Below, one piece after another: positions 52,811 through 62,212 of a stretch of DNA of 64,000 nucleotides. The notes below the pieces were generated by a model, which was not told the DNA's origin, made no database searches, and saw nothing but the letters and a program-made list of their open reading frames with translations. Position numbers and translations under genes: made by a program. Source of the DNA: an uncultured Acidobacteriota bacterium (GTDB lineage Bacteria > Acidobacteriota > Vicinamibacteria > Vicinamibacterales > UBA2999); contig CAWFCS010000004.1 of the NCBI GenBank assembly GCA_963814395.1, positions 20,862-84,861 of the forward strand. Reading direction: 5' to 3'. Within the stretch, counting starts at the first letter, position 1. Each line of letters opens with the position of its first letter.

Positions 52811-53321
52811 GGGGGCTGGCGCTGGTGGCGGCGCTGGCGGCGGCCGTCGTGCTGCAGACCACGCTGGCGGGCTTGTCTGGTGCCGGGCGCCATGGCCGTG
52901 GACCTGGTGCTGGTGGTGGTGGTCTACGTGGCGCTCACCTCGGGCCCGGTGGCGGGATTGCTGGCCGGGAACCGTCGGCGGGCTGGTGCAAGACGCCCTG
53001 TCCTCCGGTATCCTCGGCATGGGGGGCCTGACCAAGACGTTGGTGGGGTTCCTGGTGGGCCGTTTCGGCACCCAGTTCATCGTCACGGCGACGGTGCCGC
53101 GGTTCCTGGTGTTCGCGGCGGCCAGCGCGGCGCACGCCGGGTTGTTCATGGGGGCCTACACGTTGCTCGGGCTGCGCTCGTTTCCCAATCCGTTCGCGGC
53201 GGTCGCGCTGCAGGCGGTGGGCAACGGCGTGCTCGGCGTGGTGGGGTTCCAGGTGGCGGAGTGGCTGCCGCGGATGCTCGAACGGCGGCGTTCGGGACGC
53301 GGAATGCGGGTGAAGCGATGA
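52807..53321 (+). pseudogene. mreD: rod shape-determining protein MreD, two +1 frameshifts near 52876 and 52970
   Basis: Three hydrophobic pieces lie in successive frames. They read MRGLALVAALAAAVVLQTTLAGL, then LVPGAMAVDLVLVVVVYVALTSGPVAGLLAG, then TVGGLVQDALSSGILGMGGLTKTLVGFLVGRF. Length is 3n+2, and the position between mreC and mrdA fits. Confidence 0.7.
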
Positions 53322-53352
53322 CCGTGGGCGAACGCGGGGAGCAGGCGTAGAC

Positions 53353-55335
53353 ATGCGCATCGGGTCGATGGGCGCTCAGGACGATCGGCGGCGGCTGCAC
53401 GCGCGCATCGCCGCGCTGCGCGTGATCATCTCGATGGCCTTCGTGCTGCTGCTCGGCGGCTTCTGGTTCTTCCAGGTCTTCCAGCACGCCAAGTTCAAGG
53501 AGATGGCCGAGAACAACCATCAGCGCACGCTGCCGTTGCGCGCGCCGCGCGGCGTGATCTTCGACCGCAACGGCGAAGTGCTGGTCGAGAACCGCGCCTC
53601 GTTCAACATCTCGATCATGCGCGAGCACACGCGCGATCTCGACCGCACCGTGCGGCTGCTGTCGGCGGTGACCGGCGTGGACGAAGCCGAGATGCGCGAG
53701 ACCGTGGCGCGCCACCGCCGCGAGCCGTCCTACCGGCCGATTGTCGTGGTGCAGGACGCCACGCTCGCGCAGGTGGCGGCCGTGACCGCGCGGCGCCTCG
53801 ACTTCGAGCTGCCCGACGTGGTCGTGCAGCAGGTGCCGACGCGGCGCTATCCGGCCCAAGCGCTCGGCGCGCATCTGCTCGGCTACGTCGGCGAGGCGAG
53901 CGAGCAGCAGGTCGTCGACGACCAGCGTGGCCACCGGCACGGTGCTCGGCCAGTCGGGGCTCGAGCGCACCTACAACCGCGTGCTGATGGGCGAGGACGG
54001 CGCGCGCCGCGTCGTCGTCAACAGCGTGGGCCGCGAGATCCGGACGCTCGACGAGGCGCCGCCCGTGGAGGGCCGGCGCGTGCAGCTCACGATCGATGCC
54101 GCGATGCAGCGGGCCGCCGAAGAGGGCTTCCGCACGACCGGCTACTGGGGCTCGGCGGTGGTGCTCGACCCGCGGTCGGGCGACGTGCTCACGCTCGTGA
54201 GCCTGCCGGCCTACGACCCCAACGCCTTTGCCGCCGGCATCGATCGCGCCACCTGGCAGGCGCTCAACACCGACGAACTGCGCCCGCTGCAGAACCGCGC
54301 CATCCAGGGGCGCTATTCACCGGGCTCGACCTTCAAGATCGTGGTGGCCACGGCCGGCCTCGAAGAAAGGTCGTCACGCCCGACACCAAGATCTACTGCG
54401 CCGGCGGCGGCACGTTCTACGGCCGCTTCTTCCAGTGTCATCTGCGCGGCGGCCACGGCTGGGTGGACATGCGCCACGCCCTCGAGAAGTCGTGCAACAT
54501 CTACTTCTACACGGTCGGCAACATGCTCGGCGTCGACCGGATTCACGAGTGGTCGCGAGAAGCTGGGCCTGGCGGCGAAGAGCGGGCGTCGATCTGCCGA
54601 ACGAAGTGGAGAGCATCATTCCGTCGACCGACTGGAAGCAGCAACGCACCGGCGAGCGCTGGTATCCGGGCGAGACGATCTCGGTGGCGATCGGCCAGGG
54701 CCAGGTGTCGGTCACGCCGATGTCGATGGCGGTGATGATGGCGTCGGTGGCGCAGGGCGCGCGCGTCGTGCCGCGGCTGGTGAAGGCGACGTCGAACGGC
54801 GGCGCCTGGGAGCCGGTGCCGGTGGCGCGTCCAGCCTCAGCGGTCACGCTCGCTGCCGGACACCGTGTCGGCGGTGCACGACGGCCTGTGGATGGCCGTG
54901 AACGGAGCCGGCACGGCCGGCGCGCGCCAGGATCGCCGGCCGCGACGTGGCCGGCAAGACCGGCACGGCCCAGGTGATCTCGCTCCAGGGCCGCGAGCGG
55001 CCCGCCGCAGCGGCAGCGAGCAAGGACCTGCGCGACCACGGCTGGTTCGTGTTCATGGTGCCGAAGCGACAATCCGGAACTGGCCGGCGTGATCTTCGCC
55101 GAGCACTCCGAGCACGGCTATCTCGCCGCGCCGATCGCGCGCCACATCATCGAAACCTACTACGCGCGCAAGGAAGGGCGGCCGCTGCCCACCATGCCCG
55201 TCGTACCCGGCACGCCCGGCGCCAGCGCCGGCGCCGGCCCCGCCGTCCGTCCCGCGGCCACGGCCGCTGGCCGGCGCGGTCGCTGGCCGCGCGCAGTCGT
55301 GCCGGCGCCTGCGTGCCGTCGCGGATCCCAGGTAG
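53353..55335 (+). pseudogene. mrdA: penicillin-binding protein 2 (elongasome transpeptidase), about nine +1 frameshifts in this assembly
   Basis: Pieces in rotating frames read APRGVIFDRNGEVLVEN, then LGQSGLERTYNRVLMGEDG..VVLDPRSGDVLTLVSLPAYDPN..GSTFKIVVATAGLEE (SxxK). Further pieces read VTPDTKIYCAGGG..LEKSCNIYFY (SxN) and VDLPNEVESIIPS..ISVAIGQGQVSVTP. The last read TVSAVHDGLWMAVNGAGTAG, VAGKTGTAQV (KTG) and DNPELAGVIFAEHSEHG. Stop TAG at 55333-55335. Length is 3n. Confidence 0.85.
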
Positions 55336-55337
55336 CC

Positions 55338-56423
55338 GTGTTCGAGCGCCGCCTCTCGACGCACCTCGATCTGCCGCTGCTCGGCGCGGTGCTCGCGCTC
55401 GTGGCCATCGGCCTCGCGATGATCTACAGCGCCACCGGCGGCGCCAGCCGCGAGTACTGGACGCAGATCTACGCCGTGGTGATCGGCCTGGGCGCGATGG
55501 CCGCGTGCCTGGCGGTCGACTACCGCTCGCTCGTCGACAAGGCGCACTGGCTCTACCTCGCGCTCGCCCTCGCGCTGCTGGCCGTGCTGTTGTTCGGCGC
55601 GGTGCGCGGCGGGTCGCGGCGCTGGCTCGACCTGGGCACCTTCAACCTGCAGCCGTCCGAGTTCGCCAAGGCCGGCCTGGCGCTGATTCTGGCCAAGCTG
55701 CTCGGCGACGTGCGCCGCGCCGAGCTCTCGACCCAGGACCTGCTGCTGGCGGCGGCGCTCACCGCCGGGCCGCTCGTGCTCATCGCGCGCCAGCCCGACC
55801 TGGGCACCGCCGTCACGCTGCTGCCGGTGCTGGGCGCGGCCGTGTTCGCCGCCGGCCTGCCGCTGCGCTACCTCGGCATCGGCGCGCTCATCGCCATCGT
55901 GTCGGCGCCGGTGGCCTGGGTGTTCGCGCTCGAGGACTACCAGAAGTCGCGCATCGTCACCTTCCTCGATCCCGAGCAGGACGCGCGCGGCGCCGGCTAC
56001 CAGCAGATCCAGGCCCGCATCACCGTCGGCTCGGGCGGCGTGCTGGGCAAGGGCTTCATGGGCGGCACGCAGGGACAGCTGCGCTTCCTGCCGGTCGCGC
56101 ACAACGACTTCATCTTCTCGGTGCTCGCCGAAGAGCAAGGCTTCGTCGGCGTCATCGTCGCTCTGGGCTTGTACTTCTTCGTCATCATCCGCTCGCTCGA
56201 CGCGGCCCGGCTCTCGAAGGACCGCATGGGCGCCTATCTCGTGCTCGGCGTGCTCGCCAGCTTCACGTTCCAAGTCATCTACAACATCACCATGTCGGCG
56301 GGTCTGGCGCCGGTCAAGGGACTCACGTTGCCGCTGCTCAGCTACGGCGGGTCCTCCATGATCGCCACCCTCGCGGGCTTCGGCCTCATCCTCAACGTGC
56401 GGATGCGACGGTTCACGAATTGA
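55338..56423 (+). CDS. rodA: rod shape-determining protein RodA (SEDS glycosyltransferase)
   Basis: An intact 361-aa frame from the GTG at 55338. Motifs are LQPSEFAKAGLALILA, QPDLGTA, NDFIFSVLAEEQGFVG and LPLLSYGGSSM. Confidence 0.9.
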   Translation: MFERRLSTHLDLPLLGAVLALVAIGLAMIYSATGGASREYWTQIYAVVIGLGAMAACLAVDYRSLVDKAHWLYLALALALLAVLLFGAVRGGSRRWLDLGTFNLQPSEFAKAGLALILAKLLGDVRRAELSTQDLLLAAALTAGPLVLIARQPDLGTAVTLLPVLGAAVFAAGLPLRYLGIGALIAIVSAPVAWVFALEDYQKSRIVTFLDPEQDARGAGYQQIQARITVGSGGVLGKGFMGGTQGQLRFLPVAHNDFIFSVLAEEQGFVGVIVALGLYFFVIIRSLDAARLSKDRMGAYLVLGVLASFTFQVIYNITMSAGLAPVKGLTLPLLSYGGSSMIATLAGFGLILNVRMRRFTN

Positions 56424-56430
56424 GTGACGC

Positions 56431-58080
56431 ATGAACAAGGAAATGATCATCTCGACCAATGGCCACGAAACCCGCGTGGCCATTCTCGAGGACGACCTGC
56501 TCGCCGAGGTGTTCATCGAGCGCGAGCGCAATCGCGGCGTGGTCGGCAACGTCTACAAGGGCCGGGTCTCGAAGGTGCTGCCCGGCATGCAGTCGGCGTT
56601 CGTCGACATCGGCCTCGAGCGCGACGGCTTCCTCTACGTGTCGGACGTGGTCAACACGATGGAGGAGTTCGAGCGCCTGAGCGGCGACGACGACGACGAG
56701 GAGACGCCGGCGGTGGCCGCCGAGTCGGCCATCGGCAGCGGCGCGGCCGACGTGGCGGCGGCGAGCGCGCCGGCGCCGTCGGGCGGACAGAGCGGCGGCC
56801 GGGGCCGTGGCGGGCGCGGCGGGCGCGGCGGCGAGCGCGACAAGAACGCGCCCGAGCCGAAGATCGAAGACCTGGTCAAGGAAGGCCAGGACATCATCGT
56901 GCAGGTGGCCAAGGAGCCGCTCGGCACCAAGGGCGCGCGCCTCACCTCGCACGTCACGATGCCCGGCCGCTTCCTGGTGTTCATGCCCACGGTGGACCAC
57001 GTCGGCGTGTCGCGCAAGATCGCGACGCGCGAGGAACGCAACCGGCTGCGCGGCATCGTCAAGGAGTTCCGCGACCAGCACCACTTCGGCGGCGGCGTGA
57101 TCATCCGCACCGCGGCCGAGGGCCGGCCCAAGGAAGACATCGTCTCGGACCTGCAGTACTTCCACCGCGTGTGGACCGAGATGCGTCACAAGTCCGAGAC
57201 CAGCCGCGCGCCGGCCACGGTGTTCCGCGAAGCCAGTCTCGTGGCCAAGCTGCTGCGCGACCTGCTGACCGACGACTACATCGCGATCCGCATCGACGAC
57301 CCGCGCGAACACGCGCGCATCATCGAGCTGCTCAACCGCATCATGCCGGCGATGTCGCCGCGGGTGCGGCTGCACGACAAGCCGTATCCGATCTTCGAGG
57401 AATACGGCGTGCAGGCCGAGCTCGACAAGGCGCTCAAGAGCAAGGTGTGGCTGAAGTCGGGCGGCTCGATCGTGATCAACCAGACCGAGGCGCTGGTCGC
57501 CATCGACGTGAACACCGGCCGCTACGTGGGCAAGAAGACCGCCGGCCGGCTCGAGGACACGATCATCAAGACCAACCTCGAGGCGGCCAAGGAGATCGTG
57601 CGGCAGATGCGCCTGCGCGACCTGGGCGGCATCATCGTGCTCGACTTCATCGACATGGAAGAGAAGAAGAACCGGCAGAAGGTCTTCCAGACGGTGGAGC
57701 ACGAGCTGCGGCGCGACCGCTCGCCGTCAAAGGCGCTGCAGGTCTCGGACTTCGGCCTGGTGATCGTGACGCGCAAGCGCGTCAAGCAGAGCCTCGAGCG
57801 CACCCTCACCGAGCCGTGCCCGTATTGCTCCGGGATCGGCACCATCAAGTCGAGCTCGACGGTGTGCTACGAGATTCTCACCGAGGTGAAGAAGGTGGGA
57901 CCGGACCTGGATGGCCTGGGCGTGCTGCTGCGGGTCAACCCCGACATCGCCCGCGCGCTCAAGGACGAAGAGCGCGGCGTGCTGCGCGACTTGAAGCAGA
58001 TGCTCGGCAAGGACGTGATCGTGAAGGCCGACGTGCAGCTGCACCACGAGCAGTTCGACGTGATGTCGATCGGCGGGTAG
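56431..58080 (+). CDS. rng: ribonuclease E/G family endoribonuclease (Rng-like)
   Basis: S1 domain GNVYKGRVSKVLPGMQSAFVDIG. Other motifs are KEPLGTKGARLTSHVTMPGRFLVFMP, VAIDVNTG, GGIIVLDFIDM and a Zn-link CPYCSGIG. It carries an acidic plus RGG-rich insertion at about 56653-56865. Confidence 0.9.
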   Translation: MNKEMIISTNGHETRVAILEDDLLAEVFIERERNRGVVGNVYKGRVSKVLPGMQSAFVDIGLERDGFLYVSDVVNTMEEFERLSGDDDDEETPAVAAESAIGSGAADVAAASAPAPSGGQSGGRGRGGRGGRGGERDKNAPEPKIEDLVKEGQDIIVQVAKEPLGTKGARLTSHVTMPGRFLVFMPTVDHVGVSRKIATREERNRLRGIVKEFRDQHHFGGGVIIRTAAEGRPKEDIVSDLQYFHRVWTEMRHKSETSRAPATVFREASLVAKLLRDLLTDDYIAIRIDDPREHARIIELLNRIMPAMSPRVRLHDKPYPIFEEYGVQAELDKALKSKVWLKSGGSIVINQTEALVAIDVNTGRYVGKKTAGRLEDTIIKTNLEAAKEIVRQMRLRDLGGIIVLDFIDMEEKKNRQKVFQTVEHELRRDRSPSKALQVSDFGLVIVTRKRVKQSLERTLTEPCPYCSGIGTIKSSSTVCYEILTEVKKVGPDLDGLGVLLRVNPDIARALKDEERGVLRDLKQMLGKDVIVKADVQLHHEQFDVMSIGG

Positions 58081-58115
58081 GCGCTGCGCGCCGAGGCGCC
58101 GCATCGACAGGTCTT

Positions 58116-58267
58116 GGGACTGGGGGCTGGGGGCGAGGGCCTGCCAGAAACGGCGAAGGGCCGGGCGATTCGCCCGGCCCTTCGCTTTGTACGGTGTGGC
58201 GGCTGGACTGGTACGTTACTAGCCCCAGCCCCCAGCCCCCAGCCCCCAGTCCCTAGAACCTAGAACC
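58116..58267. repeat. composite palindromic intergenic element: 19-bp perfect inverted heptamer arrays flanking a 15-bp hairpin
   Basis: GGGACTGGGGGCTGGGGGC at 58116-58134 is the exact reverse complement of 58235-58253. The central hairpin is at 58153-58185. The right array extends at 7-nt period through AGTCCCT AGAACCT AGAACCT (to 58267) and contains the receptor gene's TAG stop. Confidence 0.85.
58153..58190. terminator. bidirectional rho-independent terminator between convergent rng and the TonB-dependent receptor gene
   Basis: Perfect 15-bp stem GCGAAGGGCCGGGCG-att-CGCCCGGCCCTTCGC. It is followed by TTTGT on the plus strand and by CGTTTCT on the minus strand. Confidence 0.7.
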
Positions 58268-61035
58268 TGAAAATCGCCGACACCCGGTAGCGGCGGGGCA
58301 GCTGGAACGAGCCGCGCGCCGTGGCCTTGCCGAAGTTGTCGACGGCCGTCGCGCACGCTGCGGTGGCCGACGTACCGCAGAACGCGGTGTTGTTCGAGAT
58401 GATCTTGGCTTCGCGGTTGGTGACGTTGAACGCCTCGCCCTTGAAGCCGACCTGCGTGCGCGCTGGACCGCGCCAGGTCACTTCGACCGAGCCGTCGACA
58501 TACCATTCGATGCCGTCGACCGGGTCGGAACCGCGTTCGTTGTAGAAGTAGACGGCGGTCGATCCCTGGTTCAGCAGCGTGCCGGGCAGCAGCACGTTGA
58601 CCGAGCGCTGCTTCTCGTAGCGGCGCTTCGAGATCGCTTCTGCCAGGGCGCCCACGCTCAGGTTGATCGGGCCGATCGGCCGCACGTAGGCGCCGTTCAG
58701 TTTGAAGTTGTGGGGCCGGTCGTAGATCGGCCGGCCGTACTTGTTGTCGCCGTTCTGCACCTCGGCGCAGGGAATCACGCCGTTGACCCCCACCGTGGTG
58801 TCGACCGTGGTGCGGCACTGTGCGTCGAGGTAGTCGCCCAGGCTGGTGAAGGTCTGGTCGAAGTGGTTGCCCTCGGTGCGCGAGTAGGTGTAGCTCGCCG
58901 CCGCGTTCCAGTTGTTCGAGAAGCGCTTCTCGAAGGTGGCCTGCACGCCGCGATACTGACGCTCGGCCGCGTCGTAGTTCACGACCTGACGGTTGATCGA
59001 GTTGTCGGCGTTGAAGGTGCGGACGTCGTCGATCAGATCCTTCCAGTCGCGCGTGATGAAGCGCACGCCGGCAGCCAGGCTGCGGCCGAACTGCCGCTGC
59101 ACACCCACCGTGAACTCGTCCAGGTAGGACGGCGTGAGGTCGGCGTTGGGGCGGAAGGTCGAGCCGCCGATGCGCACCTGGTTCTGCAGGGCGTAGGCGC
59201 TGCCGTTCCACGCGTAGTTGTCGTAGTCGGCCTGCTGCGGCACGCCGGCGAAGGCATCCGAGAAGCTCTGGATGATGCCGGCGTAATAGCGGCCGAAACT
59301 GCCGAGCACGATGGTCTTGCCGTCCCCGGTCACGTTGTAGCTGGCCGACACACGCGGCGCGAGCACGGTCGTGTCGACCGTGTCGGCGGCGAGGTCGCTC
59401 GTGCCGACCTGCTTCTCGACGCGTACGCCCGCCTCGACGAAGAGCCGGCTGGTGACGTCGAACTTGTCGCGCAGGTAGAACGCGTAGTTCTTGCCTTCCG
59501 ACGTGGACGCGCCGGAGAGGTAGTCGCGCCGGAACTGCGGCACCAGGGTGCCGGTCGCCTGATTGAACGACTCGGCGATGTAGTACTGCTTGTTCGGGTA
59601 GTCGAACTGCGAACCCGATTCCACCGTCTGGAAGTCGAACCCCGCCTTCACGTTGTGACTACGCGAGCCGAGACTGAAGAACCAGGTGCTGGCCAGGTTG
59701 GCCTGCTGGCGCGGACGATTCGTGAAGCCGTCGAAGGTGGCGCCGTTGTAGTTGCGGTTGTCCGCCTGGGAGAACACCGGGGCATTCGAGCCAATCCGGC
59801 CGGCCTCGAAGGTGGTGACGTCGAGCCGCGAGGTGTAGGTGCCCACCGCTGCTTCCACCGCCCAGTTGTCGCTGAGCACGCCGTTCCACTGCCCGGCCCA
59901 CGAATCCGAGCTCTGGTTCTGCGAGGTCAGGGCTTCCAGTTCGGCCGCGGCCGAGGCCGCCGGCCAGTAGTCGATGACGAAGCCAGTCGTTGGGCGAGCG
60001 GAAGTACTTCACCCAGGCCGAGTGGCCGTCGCTGATCTGCACGGTGGCGCGCACGTTGAGGAAGTTGTTCTCGGTGCTCTGCTGGTAGTTCTCGGGGATC
60101 GGGCCGCTGGTCTGGCGCTGCGGCGTGGTGTTGGTGGCGTACTCGTGCGCGGCGAAGAACCACGCCCGGTCCTTGAGCAGCGGGCCGCCCAGGGTGGTGG
60201 CGTAGACGGGGTTGACCTTGTCGAACTTGGCCCGTTCGAGCGACACGCCTGTCACTTCGCTCTTGGTCGAGTTCTGCTTGTCCCAGTTGTCGTTGATGAC
60301 GATGTATTTGGCCGAGCCCTCGAAGCGGTTGGTGCCCGACTTGGTGATGATGTTCACGATCGCGCCCTGGCCGCGGCCGTATTCGACCGACGCCGCCGAG
60401 GTCGACACCGACACTTCCTGGATGGCTTCGAAGTTGAGGTTCGCGCCGAAGGTGCCGGTCGTCGGGTCGGTGGTGTCGACCGAGTCCATGATGAAGAGGT
60501 TGCTGCTCGTGAGCGCGCCGAGCGCGTTCACGTTGCCCGTGCCCACCACGCCTGGCGTCACGCCGATGAGGTTCTGGTAGCTGCGGCCGACCGGCAGCCG
60601 CTCGAATTCCTCGCGGCGCACGCGCGTGTTGGCGGTCACGTTGGTGAGGTCGACGATCGGCGTCTCGCCGGTGACGGTCACCGAGTCGGTGAGGCCGCCG
60701 ACCTTGAGCGCGAACGGCACGTTCGTGGTCTTCTCGGTCTCGACGAGGTTGTCGGTGAGCCGCAGTGGCGCGAAGCCGGCCAGGTTCGCTTCGACGGTGT
60801 AGTTGCCGATCGACACGGCGGCAAATGCGTAGCGGCCGTTCTCGTCGGTGACCACCGACCGCACGACGCCGCGTTCCTGGCTCGTGAGCGTGACGGTGAC
60901 GCCGGGCAGCACACCGCCGCTGACGTCTTGCACGACGCCCGCGACCGTGCCGGTCTGGGCGGGTTGGGCCCAGGCCATCGGGGCCAGGGCGATGGTCAAC
61001 AAGGCCGCAACCCACACGGATAACAGTCGAGACAT
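58260..61035 (-). pseudogene. TonB-dependent receptor, Oar-like (carboxypeptidase-regulatory-like N-domain), one +1 frameshift near 59982
   Basis: A signal peptide is followed by GTVAGVVQDVSGGVLPGVTVTLT..TDENGRYAF (CarbopepD_reg fold), a plug region, a long beta-barrel and a C-terminal aromatic end (AIFRF). ORFs 59659..61035 and 58260..59879 join across GACTGG-C-TTCGTC. Confidence 0.8.
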
Positions 61036-61226
61036 AGTCAGATCCTCGTCACAAGAACAACGCCGCCGTCATGACAGCGAACACGCCTGAGCGACATTAG
61101 GACACCAGAATCGTGGTGTTCGTCCCAAAGGTGGCCATTTTGCACGGTTTGGCAGCCCGCCGTGTCAGTGGCCGATATTCGCCGTGCAAACGGGCTGCCG
61201 AGGCGAGTGCCCGGCTACGGCTGAGG

Positions 61227-61598
61227 TCAGCGTGCCGCGCGGCGGCGCGGTGCCCCGGTCCAACGCACGCGCGCGAAGTGGCGCACGCGGCGCGGCGTGA
61301 CCTCGAGTCCCTCGGCGGCCAGCAGTGCCCGCTTCAGCGCGAGCTGGCTGTAGCCGCCCAGCATGCCGCCGGCGGCGATGACCCGGTGGTAGGGAATGCC
61401 GGGCCGGGTGGCGCGCGCCATCACATTGCCCACGGCCCTGGCGGCCCCGGGCTTGCCGGCGAGGCGGGCCACGTCGCCGTAGGTGGCCACGCGGCCGGGC
61501 GGGATGCGCGACACCACCGCCAGGACGCGCCTGGCGAAGACGTCAGCGGCCGATGACGAGCGAGAGCCGGATACTGGTGCCGCCAAGGTTCGTTTCAT
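61227..61598 (-). CDS. MGMT-family DNA-binding protein lacking the catalytic cysteine (alkyltransferase-like, ATL)
   Basis: VSRIPPGRVATYGDVARLAGKPGAARAVGNVMA..IPYHRVI..GGMLGGY. The canonical PCHRV motif reads PYHRV (codon TAC). The start is uncertain because the ATG at 61598 overlaps the upstream OMP gene by 56 nt. Confidence 0.65.
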   Translation of the reverse strand: MKRTLAAPVSGSRSSSAADVFARRVLAVVSRIPPGRVATYGDVARLAGKPGAARAVGNVMARATRPGIPYHRVIAAGGMLGGYSQLALKRALLAAEGLEVTPRRVRHFARVRWTGAPRRRAAR

Positions 61599-62205
61599 CG
61601 AAGGCCTGTGAGGCGCCGCCGGTGCCGATCGCGTTTGGGATCGGACGTCCAGACGGCTTCTCCGGTCAGGCCGATCCACCGGGCGAGGCGCACTTCTGCG
61701 CCGGCCTTCACGTGGAAGCCGTTGAACGACTCGTCGACGTCCTCGTCAGCCGCCGCGAAGTCGGAGGTCTCTTCGTAGCGCAAGCGCGTGTAGCCGCCGC
61801 CGAGAAAGGGGACGAACGCGGCCGAAGCGCGGAGCGAAACGCCAACCCGCGGCGATGTCGAGCGGCGTGAGCCTGATGGTCGCGGGAATGCCGAGGGGAA
61901 AGACCTCGCCGATCGCGCCGACGAAGACGCGTTCGCCGGTCTTCGTGAAACCGGCGTGCGCCGACCTCGAGGAAGACTGGGCCCCTGGTGAGGTTGAGGC
62001 CGCCGCCCAGGTCGTGGCCCGACCCGCTGCCGAGCACGGCCCCGAAGGTGCTCGCTGCCGTGAACCACTCCAGACCCGCGCCGGCGAAGGTGCGAATGGC
62101 CAGGCCGCTGGGGCGGACCGCCGCCGTCTGCGTCTGGGCAGCGACGACCGGGGCGGGCGCGAGCCCGACGGCGAGCAGTGCGGCAAGGGTGCGGATGCGT
62201 ATCAT
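61543..62205 (-). pseudogene. small outer-membrane beta-barrel protein, three +1 frameshifts
   Basis: The signal peptide is MIRIRTLAALLAVGLAPAPVVAAQ. Alternating-hydrophobic strands then run through three frames. They read GLEWFTAASTF, GERVFVGAIGEVFPLGIPATIRLTPLDIAAGWRF, AAFVPFLGGGYTRLRYEE..FHVKAGAEVRL and the end GGTSIRLSLVIGR. Length is 3n. The family call is weak. Confidence 0.45.
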
Positions 62206-62212
62206 CCGCTCC

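Noticed and set aside
55089-56423. An apparent fusion protein of the PBP2 C-terminus and RodA (444-aa ORF).
   Set aside because: PBP2 terminates at TAG 55333-55335 in the neighbouring frame, and RodA has its own GTG at 55338. The fusion is created by one more +1 insertion in the Pro/Ala-rich PBP2 tail.
61036-61226. Cobalamin or another known riboswitch in the leader of the TonB-dependent receptor gene.
   Set aside because: The region is too short and I cannot find a B12-box-like consensus. Only the interleaved 9-bp repeats are notable, and these are reported separately as an unclassified structure.
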